A stretch of DNA of 62,963 nucleotides, filler included, from Limisphaerales bacterium (GTDB lineage: Bacteria; Verrucomicrobiota; Verrucomicrobiia; Limisphaerales; SIBE01), in the NCBI GenBank assembly GCA_044225505.1. It is 4 parts of 4 records of this genome, joined end to end, with 100 filler letters (N's around TTAATTAATTAA, not from the genome) between each part and the next. Parts side by side here need not be neighbours in the genome. Positions count along the whole stretch, not along the records: positions 1 to 16,425 come from JBGAIN010000179.1; positions 16,526 to 32,834 come from JBGAIN010000180.1; 2 more parts are not named here. One strand, given 5' to 3'. Below are positions 9,639 through 18,723 of the stretch, in pieces; the stretch's first letter is position 1; each line of letters opens with the position of its first letter. Under the pieces are notes generated by a model. It ran no database searches. It was not told the origin of the DNA and was given only the letters and a program-made list of their open reading frames with translations. Made by a program: the position numbers and the translations under genes.

Positions 9639-11201
9639 ATGAAACCAAACTCTTCGCTCGTTGGATGCGCTCTGTGCGGGATTAACCGGAGGCAATTTGT
9701 CCAGCGGTGTTCAGCGTGTTTCGCGTCCGCCAGTTGGCTCGGCTTTTCCGTCCCAGCGCAGGCGGTTTCATCCACACCAAAGCGCAGGATTCGTCTCGTG
9801 TTTGCGCTGCACGCAAAGCAGCAACCGGGCCCGGACTGGCCAAACAAGGGATTCGACTTTGTTCCCGTCATGGATCGTCTCACGATTCATTTGCGGCGAC
9901 ACTGCAAGCCATGGGAGTTTGTCACTTCCACGGCTGCCGGAGAGGAGCAAGCCAAGAGCTTGCTGGAAGCGGATCGCACCGCAGGCATTGATGGATACGT
10001 CGTCTTCCAAATGAACTGCTGGAACCGTGTCGTCCAGACCGTCGCGACGTCCGGTAAACCAGTCCTTTACGTCGACTTTCCCTACGGCGGAAGCGGGGGA
10101 TTCTTAACCTACAATGCGGCGTTCTTGAGGACCGCAGCACCGAACGTCGGATTTGTCTCTTCTTCCGACATCAGTGACCTGGTTGAGGCCGTGAAGTGTT
10201 TCGGCACGGTAGCAAGTGGCGAGTCCGCGATGCAGTTTGCGGCGGCGACGCGACGAGTTCGATCCAAGCGGACTCGCAAAGCGGGTAATCTCGCGTGCGC
10301 GCGCGATCCAATCGCTCTTTTGGACACGGAGGAGACGGTTCGCCGGTTGGCCCAATCGAAGATCCTCGCTGTCCGTGGCACGGAATCCGGGCCGGCGGGA
10401 AGCATCCTCGGGATTCCTGTGGTGCACGTTGCTTTCGCCGAACTAAACCATGCTTGGGAGAGGGCCGATAAAGACCACGCACGCGTGATCGCGGATCGTT
10501 GGCAAGAAACAGCTTCGCGGGTCAGCGAAGTGAGCCGGGAAACGCTCGAGCAATCCGCGGCGATGTATTTGGCAGAGAAGCAGGTTTTGGCTCACCACGG
10601 TGCGAACGCGATCAGCGTCAACTGTCTAGGTGGATTTTATGGCGGACACATTCACGCGTACCCTTGCCTGGGGTTTCATCAGTTGCTGAACGACGGCCTG
10701 GTCGGCGGCTGCGAGTGCGACGTACGTTCCGCGGCGGCTCTGGTCGCCTTCAACATCATCACCCAGGGGCGTCCCGGTTATATTTCGGATCCCGTGATCA
10801 ATACGGCCAAACGCCAGATTATCTACGCCCATTGTGTGGCATCGAATCGGCCTTTTGGTTCGAGTGGTCCAGCCAACCCGTTCGAGATCTTAACCCACTC
10901 GGAAGATCGACAGGGCGCTTCCGTTCGGTCGATCCTGCCTCTCGGATTTCTCACGACCACGATTCAAGTCGCTCCCGATCGCAAGCAGATTCTTCTGCAT
11001 CAAGGCAAAGTCGTGGCGAATGATCCGGACGATCGTGCGTGTAGAACCAAACTCGGCGTAGAACCTGTCGGTGACATGGAAAAACTGTTCACGCAATGGG
11101 ACCAATGGGGATGGCACCGCGTGACGGTTTACGGGGATGTCAAAGCTCCACTTTATGCCTTGGCGCAGCGTTTGGGATGGACCGTGGTTGAGGAGGCGTA
11201 G
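9639..11201 (+). CDS. L-fucose/L-arabinose isomerase-like protein with Tat-type signal
   Basis: NRRQF leader; YPCLG, CECD, YAHC and C-terminal HRVTVYGD motifs typical of FucI/AraA-like proteins. Confidence 0.7.
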   Translation: MKPNSSLVGCALCGINRRQFVQRCSACFASASWLGFSVPAQAVSSTPKRRIRLVFALHAKQQPGPDWPNKGFDFVPVMDRLTIHLRRHCKPWEFVTSTAAGEEQAKSLLEADRTAGIDGYVVFQMNCWNRVVQTVATSGKPVLYVDFPYGGSGGFLTYNAAFLRTAAPNVGFVSSSDISDLVEAVKCFGTVASGESAMQFAAATRRVRSKRTRKAGNLACARDPIALLDTEETVRRLAQSKILAVRGTESGPAGSILGIPVVHVAFAELNHAWERADKDHARVIADRWQETASRVSEVSRETLEQSAAMYLAEKQVLAHHGANAISVNCLGGFYGGHIHAYPCLGFHQLLNDGLVGGCECDVRSAAALVAFNIITQGRPGYISDPVINTAKRQIIYAHCVASNRPFGSSGPANPFEILTHSEDRQGASVRSILPLGFLTTTIQVAPDRKQILLHQGKVVANDPDDRACRTKLGVEPVGDMEKLFTQWDQWGWHRVTVYGDVKAPLYALAQRLGWTVVEEA

Positions 11202-11222
11202 GGGAATCCGCAATCCTTACAA

Positions 11223-12869
11223 TTACGCGGCGCGGGCGGCATCCCCTTGGCCGGGAGGGGGCGCGTCTGCATCCTCGCGACTCTCCAACGGCAACGCGGA
11301 TAGCGGGACTTTGGGATTGGTCTGCGCAAAGTAGTTCGCGGACCATTCGTTGGAGAAAAGAACGACCGCGTGCTGATGCACGTCGTAGGCAAGTTGAGCG
11401 CCCGTGGGCAAAGAAAGGGCATCCAGCATCTCTTCCGTGATTCCAAGCGGAAGCCAGCGGACGACGGTCCACGGCGCCGAATCCAAGCGTGACGCCGCCC
11501 CATACTCGCTCTCGAGTCGGTATTGCACGACCTCGAATTGGAGCGGGCCAACGGCCGCCAATAGTGGCACTTTCACGGCCGCGTTGCGAATGGATAGCGC
11601 TTGGATCACGCCCTCCTGCAGCAGTTGGTCGAGACCTTGGCGAAACTGTTTGTATTTAGCCGTGTTCGGATTGTGGAGGTAAGCGAAGGCTTCTGGAGTG
11701 AATCGCGGGATTTCCTTATAGGTGATGTTCGGATCGGTCGTCAGCGTATCCCCAATTCCAAACTCGGAATGTCCCACCAGTCCAATGATATCCCCTGGGA
11801 ACGCTTCATCCAGAGTCTCACGTTCGTTGCCAAATAGCTTGTGCGAGCTGGAAAGGCGCACGCGCTTATCGCTCCTCGGATGCAACACCGTCATGTCGCG
11901 CTCGAATTTGCCAGAGCAAACCCGCACAAAAGCGATACGATCCCGGTGTTTCGGATCCATATTTGCCTGGATCTTAAAGATGAAACCAGAAAAGGAGGGG
12001 TGTTCCGGTGAGATGGCCGTTCCGGCGATGACCCGCGCTTTCGGAGCTGGCGCATGTTGGAGAAAGCCGTCGAGGAGAAGTTGCACACCGAAATTATTGA
12101 CTGCGCTGCCAAAGAAAACGGGCGTGGTGCGGCCCGCGAGGACGGTCTCCTCGTCAAAACTCTCTCCGGCCAAGTCCAACATCTCGAGCTCCTCCGTGAC
12201 TTTATGCGACGTCTCTTCATCCAATCGATCGCGAATAAACGCATCGGTAAAACCACCCACGGAGACGGGCGCGCGAAATTGCCCGCCGACTGTCCTCTCA
12301 AAGAGATGGACCTGTTTGGCGCGCCGGTCATAAACGCCTTGAAAACCAAACCCCGTCCCGATCGGCCAGTTCACGGGGAATGCGCCAATGCCCAGCACCC
12401 GCTCGAGTTCATCCAGAAGCGAAAGCGGATCGCGCATGGGGCGATCGCATTTGTTCATGAACGTGAAGATGGGCACTCCCCGTTGCCGGCAAACCTCAAA
12501 CAGTTTCCGCGTTTGCGATTCAATGCCTTTTGCGGCATCGATCACCATAACCACCGAATCCACCGCCGTCAGCACTCGATACGTGTCCTCGGAAAAATCC
12601 TTGTGACCTGGGGTATCGAGAAGGTTGATGCGGTATCCGTTGTAGTCGAACTGCAAGACTGTGGAACTGATCGATATGCCGCGCTTCCGTTCCAGTTCCA
12701 TCCAATCCGAGGTCGTGGCCCGTTGATTCTTGCGAGCCGTAACCGATCCGGCCAGTTGGACAGCGCCACCGTAGAGCAACAACTTCTCTGTTAGAGTTGT
12801 CTTGCCTGCGTCCGGATGCGAAATGATCGCAAACGTGCGGCGCTTCTGGATTTCTTTGGATATGCTCAC
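11223..12869 (-). CDS. prfC: Peptide chain release factor 3
   Basis: RRTFAIISHPDAGKTTLTEKLLL, DTPGHKDFSEDTYR, AVGPLQFEVVQYRL. Confidence 0.98.
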   Translation of the reverse strand: MSISKEIQKRRTFAIISHPDAGKTTLTEKLLLYGGAVQLAGSVTARKNQRATTSDWMELERKRGISISSTVLQFDYNGYRINLLDTPGHKDFSEDTYRVLTAVDSVVMVIDAAKGIESQTRKLFEVCRQRGVPIFTFMNKCDRPMRDPLSLLDELERVLGIGAFPVNWPIGTGFGFQGVYDRRAKQVHLFERTVGGQFRAPVSVGGFTDAFIRDRLDEETSHKVTEELEMLDLAGESFDEETVLAGRTTPVFFGSAVNNFGVQLLLDGFLQHAPAPKARVIAGTAISPEHPSFSGFIFKIQANMDPKHRDRIAFVRVCSGKFERDMTVLHPRSDKRVRLSSSHKLFGNERETLDEAFPGDIIGLVGHSEFGIGDTLTTDPNITYKEIPRFTPEAFAYLHNPNTAKYKQFRQGLDQLLQEGVIQALSIRNAAVKVPLLAAVGPLQFEVVQYRLESEYGAASRLDSAPWTVVRWLPLGITEEMLDALSLPTGAQLAYDVHQHAVVLFSNEWSANYFAQTNPKVPLSALPLESREDADAPPPGQGDAARAA

Positions 12870-13065
12870 AAAAGAACGCGCATCCTAGCACATCGCAGGG
12901 CAGAGGCAAATCTTTACATTTGCCCAATGGGTCAGACGAAAGATAAGAGAGCGTTTGTATCCGCTGGACACGCCTGCTCTCAAAATCATTGCGATAACGC
13001 CTCCGACCTGCAAAATACACAGCGGTGAAATTAGTGGGTTTGAAGTTTCGGCTGCAGGAGCATCT

Positions 13066-13838
13066 ATGAGTCAAGACCACACCTTGATGCGGTCCCGGTA
13101 TGAACTGAAATACCATGTCACAAACGAGGTCGCCTTGCGTATCCGAGATTTTGTCCAACAACATCTGGAAATTGACGAATACGCAGCGGGCCAGCCCAAC
13201 TGCTCCTATCCAGTTCACAGCCTCTACCTCGATTCTGACGATTGGCAAATCTACACCCGCACCGTTAACGGCGATAAAAACCGGTTTAAGCTGCGGGTTC
13301 GATATTACGTCGACGCTCCCAAAATCCCCGTTTACTTCGAAATTAAGCGGCGGATGAAGGACGTGATCTTGAAGCAACGTTGCCCCGTCCTTCGCGGCGG
13401 CGAACAAGCTGTCTACGCCGGACAAATCCCGGCGCCCGAATTTCTTCTGAACAAGAAGGCGGCGGACCTGTTCTCGTTGCATGGTTTGTTGAGTTGATGG
13501 TTCAACTCAACGCCAAACCGAAAATGCATATCGCCTATCTGCGAGAGGCCTACGTAAGTCCGCACGTTAACGACGTGCGCGTGACGATTGATCGGGCGGT
13601 CCAATCGGAGCTCTGCTTGGACGGAAGATTGAAAACGACGCTCGAACGCCCAGCGCTGTGCACCAAGGATGTGGTCATTTTGGAACTCAAGTTTACAGAA
13701 CGCTTCCCCAACTGGTTTCGCGATCTGGTTCGGCGCTTCAATTGCATGCAGGCCGGCGCCGCTAAGTACGTCGAAAGTGTCAGCGTTTACCTGGGCAGGC
13801 ACCGCGCACCGCCCGACGTGATGCGTACGATGGGCTGA
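13066..13838 (+). pseudogene. VTC / polyphosphate polymerase domain protein with an apparent 1-nt deletion near 13482
   Basis: RYELKY, VHSLYLDS, RFKLRVRYY, FEIKRR in frame 1. FVELM...YLREAY...RVTIDR...VILELKF continues in a shifted frame. Confidence 0.8.
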
Positions 13839-13890
13839 ACTCGCGGTGCGCTTGATCTCTCATCGGGCATGGCCTTAACTGCGCGGAACG

Positions 13891-14973
13891 ATGCCGGGCG
13901 CTTCCAATCCAGTGCTACCCTTGCAGCAACGACCGTTGCTCGCCTTGGCGCCGATGCAAGATGTCACTGACTGGGCGTTTTGGCGTCTTATGGCACGTTA
14001 CGGCGGCGCGGACGTTTACTGGACGGAGTATTTTCGAGTGCACCGGGATTCTCGCTTGGAGCCCTGGATTCTTCGGTCGGTGATTGACAATCCCACTGGG
14101 CGTCCGGCGGTGGCTCAGCTCATTGGCAATGACGTGCCTTCGTTGGTTCGTTCGGCGCTGGAGTTACAGCGCTATCCGATCGCGGCGGTCGATCTCAATC
14201 TCGGCTGTCCCGCACCGGTCGTTTATCGGAAGTGCGCCGGAGGTGGTTTGCTGCGAGACATCCAACGCATCGATTCGATCCTGGGTGCCCTGCGCGATGC
14301 CGTAAAGACCTCGTTCACCGTGAAGACTCGGGTCGGATTCGACTCGGACGCAGGATTCGAGAACCTGATTGCGCTTTTCCGCAAGCATCGGGTCGACCTG
14401 GTCACGGTTCATGGACGAACCGTGAAGCAAATGTACCGTCCTGGGGTGCGTTACGACTTGATCAACCTGGCGGCCCGAGAGCTGCCCTGTCCCGTGTTGG
14501 CCAACGGCAACATTTACAGCGCGGCGCAGGCTTGGCAGTTGATGCGAGCGTCAAATGTCCAAGGCCTCATGATTGGGCGAGGCGCGATCCGAAATCCATG
14601 GTTGTTCAGTCAGATCCGTCAGCACCAGCGCGGTGAATCAATGACCGCACCCACGGGGCACGATCTGCTGGCGTATATCACGGAGCTTTGGGAGAGTCAG
14701 TTGACTCCAGCGGCTCCCGAAGTTTCCCAAACCCAGCGCATGAAGAAATTCATGAACTTCATTGGCGAAGGTGTTTCCGAGCAGTTTCTCTTTGAAATCC
14801 GCCGTGTGCAGACTCGTGCTGAGTTCTTCCGTGTTTGCACGCGGCACCTTGACCATGGGCGAGCAATGTCGTTGGACCCCGCGAGCACGGCTGGGGCCCT
14901 GGGCGATCTAGACAGGGACTCTACTGCTTCGAACGAGGAGCCAGATCAAACACCGTTGCGGCCAGCGCTTTGA
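13891..14973 (+). CDS. tRNA-dihydrouridine synthase family protein
   Basis: LAPMQDVTD, DLNLGCP, TVKTRVG, VHGRT, ANGNI, MIGRGAIRNPWLF. Confidence 0.93.
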   Translation: MPGASNPVLPLQQRPLLALAPMQDVTDWAFWRLMARYGGADVYWTEYFRVHRDSRLEPWILRSVIDNPTGRPAVAQLIGNDVPSLVRSALELQRYPIAAVDLNLGCPAPVVYRKCAGGGLLRDIQRIDSILGALRDAVKTSFTVKTRVGFDSDAGFENLIALFRKHRVDLVTVHGRTVKQMYRPGVRYDLINLAARELPCPVLANGNIYSAAQAWQLMRASNVQGLMIGRGAIRNPWLFSQIRQHQRGESMTAPTGHDLLAYITELWESQLTPAAPEVSQTQRMKKFMNFIGEGVSEQFLFEIRRVQTRAEFFRVCTRHLDHGRAMSLDPASTAGALGDLDRDSTASNEEPDQTPLRPAL

Positions 14974-16270
14974 TCCCGGTCTTAATGGTCGGTTCTGGAA
15001 CCGGCAAGAATCGACTGGAATGTAACGAGGGGAGCGACTCGCCGGAACTCTCACTCGCCGCGATTCGACTCGGTGCTACCGCACCCAGCCAGATCAAATT
15101 GACTGGGATCTTGTCCGATGTCCGTCCGTACTCACTAAAATCTTCCCCGCCCATCACCGGTTTTTCTGGACGAACCTTGTCCTCTCCCAGCCAACGACGC
15201 AGAGCCGCAGCGCATCGCCGGCTCAAGTCAGGGTTATTATAAAGGGCCGGTGTGAATTCATCTTTTACTTTGACGATCGGCATTCGATCTTCAGGAATGC
15301 CCGCAGCTTGGGCCAACCCGCGCACGATGCGGCGAACCGACTCGATATTGCGCTGGCGCGTTTCGTCGGTGAACGATCGCAATGTCAGTTGCAGGTTGAC
15401 TTGGTCGGGAATGACGTTGTGTTTCGTCCCGCCGTGGATCGATCCCACCGTAACCACGGCCGCTTCTCCCGGAGCGGTCTCCCGGCTGACAATCGTTTGC
15501 AGCGCCAGGACCGTCTGAGCTGCCAGCACGATCGGATCTCTGGTCATATGCGGCCAGGCGCCGTGTCCTCCGACCCCTCGTATCGTAACGTCGACCGAGT
15601 CGACGTTCGCCATGGCGTATCCTTCAATCCATCCCACTGACCCTGCCGGTAAACGCGCACTCACGTGCAACGCCAGGCAAAAATCAGGCTTCGGAAATCG
15701 AGTGAACAAACCGTCTGCGAGCATTCCTCTGGCCCCAGCGCCGCGTTCCTCAGCGGGTTGCCCGATCAGCACGAGCGTCCCTTGCCACTGGTCTTTGGAT
15801 TGGGCAAACAGCTTGGCCGCTCCCACTAGCACAGTCATGTGCACGTCATGACCGCAGGCGTGCATGACGTCCACTTCCGCGCCGGTTTCGTTAGTGCTCC
15901 TAGCACGGCTGGCGTAGGGGGCGCCTGTCTCTTCTTTGACCGGCAATGCATCCAAGTCGGTCCTCAACAACACGGTAGGGCCCATGCCGTTCTTCAGCAC
16001 CGCAACCACTCCATACCCTCCCACGCGCGGAGTGACTTCAAATCCCGCCTCTCGCAGTTCTTGACTGATCCGCTCCCCGGTCTTTTCCTCTTGTCGCGAC
16101 AATTCGGGATGGGTGTGCAAATGTTGATAGAGGCTTTCCAAGCCCGGAAAAAGGCCATCGATGCGATGTTCCACGGTCTGCGGGTCTGGCGGCAGCTCGG
16201 CGCCGACGCTAATAAGTGGGATGGCGGCAAGTAGTGTCGCCAGACGTAGAAACCTAGGCGCGGAGAACAT
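14921..16270 (-). CDS. M20D amidohydrolase / carboxypeptidase with signal peptide
   Basis: HTHPELS, RTDLDALP, MHACGHDVH, QPAEE, GGEDF. Confidence 0.92.
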   Translation of the reverse strand: MFSAPRFLRLATLLAAIPLISVGAELPPDPQTVEHRIDGLFPGLESLYQHLHTHPELSRQEEKTGERISQELREAGFEVTPRVGGYGVVAVLKNGMGPTVLLRTDLDALPVKEETGAPYASRARSTNETGAEVDVMHACGHDVHMTVLVGAAKLFAQSKDQWQGTLVLIGQPAEERGAGARGMLADGLFTRFPKPDFCLALHVSARLPAGSVGWIEGYAMANVDSVDVTIRGVGGHGAWPHMTRDPIVLAAQTVLALQTIVSRETAPGEAAVVTVGSIHGGTKHNVIPDQVNLQLTLRSFTDETRQRNIESVRRIVRGLAQAAGIPEDRMPIVKVKDEFTPALYNNPDLSRRCAAALRRWLGEDKVRPEKPVMGGEDFSEYGRTSDKIPVNLIWLGAVAPSRIAASESSGESLPSLHSSRFLPVPEPTIKTGIKALAATVFDLAPRSKQ

Positions 16271-16368
16271 AGCGTGCCGCTTGCATAACCTGGCTAGGCG
16301 CTGGCATCAAGCGAGATTAGCTCTAATCCAGATTTGACGAAAGGTTGGAAGCGACGGAAATAAGTGCT

Positions 16369-16425
16369 ATGGCAGTCGAGTTTAAGGACTACTATAAGAG
16401 CCTTGGGGTGTCGAAAACCGCGAGC
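16369..16425 (+). CDS. J-domain protein (DnaJ/CbpA-like), 5' end truncated by contig end
   Basis: MAVEFKDYYKSLGVSKTAS is a typical J-domain start. Confidence 0.85.
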
Positions 16426-16525
16426 NNNNNNNNNNNNNNNNNNNNNNNNNNNNNNNNNNNNNNNNNNNNTTAATTAATTAANNNNNNNNNNNNNNNNNNN
16501 NNNNNNNNNNNNNNNNNNNNNNNNN
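16426..16525. other. Artificial contig spacer
   Basis: N44-TTAATTAATTAA-N44, stop codons in all six frames. Confidence 0.99.
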
Positions 16526-16734
16526 TGCATCTCGACAGTACCACCCTTTGTTGGCGCGCGGACTTGAGTCCGCCGGACCGTCCGATGCGGCCAGCAGCGC
16601 TCGAATCCTTCGCGATCGCGGTCGTGCCTGCGGACATTCCTGCGGGATAAATCCCGCGATCCTGGGGGTACTGTCAAGATACGCCCCCCATCAGTCACAG
16701 GACCGGCGCAGCACCACCGCCCTGGAACCCTCCG

Positions 16735-18513
16735 TCAGTTCTCCGGAATCTGCGGCGGGCGAATCGGCATGGAGTGGGCCCCGTCCGCATGGTAAATCGC
16801 GGTTAATTCGCGAAACGAGTCGCGCAACACTGGCCCTTCCAGCTTGCCGTGGCTCCTCCAGAGCTCACGATCGATCAAGGCACGAAGATAAACCACGCGC
16901 CACCGCCAGGCGTTCCGGGCTTGGCGAGTCAGTTGGGACTGGACCCGCTCAACTCGGGCGAAGGTTTCTTCCGCACTTGCACTAATTTCCTTACGCAGGT
17001 GATTCCGTTCGAAACCTTCGACCACCTTCACCACCTCATCGGCAACCGCCGGCGAGTATTGGAAAGCCGCATATTCCCGGACCGTTTCCAACGCCGTTCG
17101 TCCCGGATCCCAATAGAACTGAGCGCAGATCGCCTTGTTCATATCTTCATAGATGCCTTCCGAGTACGGCGTGCCCCCATCGAGCTTGCCTTGGGTCTGG
17201 TCCCAGAGCCGCTGCAGTCGAGCTGGAAGCGGATTTGCTCCGTACCCGCCCCAGGGGCTTTGGCCCCACATGCTGATCTCCGGGAAACTCACGAGCGGGA
17301 GTCCTCCAGGAACCCCTTCGTCTAACGGAAAACGCGGGAAATCCTCGTGCGCATCCGCTTGAATGCAGTCGACCCATCCGCGGTCCCCCCGGAGCTGGGA
17401 CGCCAAAGCCTGCCACTCTCCCGCCGGTGGAGTATCAAAGGTCCAAGTCGAGAGAATGACTTTCACGCGAGGATGCTTATCATGCAGGGCAGCCGACACA
17501 GCTCGCGCAAGTTCGAGATACCCCCGAGCCCCCCAAGGCCAGCACTCCGAACATCCGCAACCGCCTTCGTCGTAGGGCCAGTAAGTGACAAAATCCAGAC
17601 CCGGATCGGCAAATTCATTGACCAAACGAGCCCAGTTTTGGAGCAGAAGCTCTTTCGCGGCGGGTTTGCTCGGGCACAGATTAACACCAAAGTTGCCGTG
17701 GCGTCCGAGCGGGTCTGGAACCGGGCTGCCACGCAGCTCTTTGGGCGTCGCGGTGAACCCGCCATTGAGGGCATCGCCCAGGCTCACGCGCATCCCGACC
17801 CGCTTAGCGGCTTGCATCATCTCGCGCAGGTGCACAGCCATCTTGCGTGCGGGCGGATCCTCATAGCTGGCGTACTGCCAATGGGGGTAAGCGAGCGCGA
17901 CCAGGTTAAATCCCCACAACGCCAGATCCTCAATGTACTGTTCCAGTTCTTCGGGAGAAGCCGCTTCGTAGTAATTATTAAAATGCGTCGCCAGGTAAAT
18001 GCCGCGCATGGAGCATTTCGGGATCGATGTCCCGCGCCATGGGCCCGGTGTGAAGCCACCTTGATCATAGCGCGAACTGCGTAGGAACTTCCCAACCCCG
18101 TAAAGCACGCCACGTTCGTCATTGCCAAGAATCCGGACCCGGCCTGACGCGCCGTCGAGGATCTTGTATCCTTCGGAGCCGAATCCCGGGTCGACTCCGA
18201 GTTCGATGGCATAGGCAGATTCTCCGTCAGGAACGACCTTGGCATCACAGCGCGACCGGATCTGTCGCTCCAGAATGGATGCCGCGCGTTGGATGATTTC
18301 GCCTGGGTTAGCTGGCAGCACCACACGGATCGACCGGACTGGTTCCGCAGCACGAGTCGACGCGCCCGCCAGCATCAGCCACAAAAGACGGAGCAGGAAC
18401 CCTGTCTTTAGAACGGGACCGGTGATCCACCCGGAGGGCAAATGGCGCTGAGACGAAGCAAAGATTCGTTTCCCCTGAACAAAATTCGAGAGGCGCATTC
18501 GTTTGGTTCCCAT
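16735..18513 (-). CDS. Secreted glycoside-hydrolase-like protein (GH20/GH67-type N-terminal domain plus a probable TIM barrel)
   Basis: Signal peptide; EGYKI...ILGNDERGVLYGVGKFLR; RGIYLATHFNNYY; WPYDEGGC. Start uncertain. Confidence 0.6.
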   Translation of the reverse strand: MGTKRMRLSNFVQGKRIFASSQRHLPSGWITGPVLKTGFLLRLLWLMLAGASTRAAEPVRSIRVVLPANPGEIIQRAASILERQIRSRCDAKVVPDGESAYAIELGVDPGFGSEGYKILDGASGRVRILGNDERGVLYGVGKFLRSSRYDQGGFTPGPWRGTSIPKCSMRGIYLATHFNNYYEAASPEELEQYIEDLALWGFNLVALAYPHWQYASYEDPPARKMAVHLREMMQAAKRVGMRVSLGDALNGGFTATPKELRGSPVPDPLGRHGNFGVNLCPSKPAAKELLLQNWARLVNEFADPGLDFVTYWPYDEGGCGCSECWPWGARGYLELARAVSAALHDKHPRVKVILSTWTFDTPPAGEWQALASQLRGDRGWVDCIQADAHEDFPRFPLDEGVPGGLPLVSFPEISMWGQSPWGGYGANPLPARLQRLWDQTQGKLDGGTPYSEGIYEDMNKAICAQFYWDPGRTALETVREYAAFQYSPAVADEVVKVVEGFERNHLRKEISASAEETFARVERVQSQLTRQARNAWRWRVVYLRALIDRELWRSHGKLEGPVLRDSFRELTAIYHADGAHSMPIRPPQIPEN

Positions 18514-18723
18514 GGTTCAACCCTAAGCGTGGAAGCGGCTGGGGCGTAAAGCAAGTCTTCCCCATGAGAGCAATTTGCTCTCATTTAACGAAGGCACACT
18601 CCGGCTGCCGGCAGCAAAACGCATCGATAAAACCGTCCGAATCGGCTGTCGTTGGATCGGGCTCAACTCACGGATCGAGCGCCTTTTGTCTGTCGGATTT
18701 CGTTCTGAGCGGTCATTTAGATA

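Noticed and set aside
12520..13482. 320-aa minus-strand ORF and many other long alternative-frame ORFs (e.g. 33699-34751, 7147-7917)
   Set aside because: Shadow ORFs overlapping well-supported genes, with no recognisable motifs.
14921..14973. 53-bp convergent overlap of dus and the M20 gene
   Set aside because: Short tail overlaps are common in GC-rich genomes.
16426..16525. TTAATTAATTAA motif repeated three times within N-runs (also 32835 and 49486)
   Set aside because: Artificial contig linker. Adjacency across it has no biological meaning, including the AbiE island lying next to the attC array.
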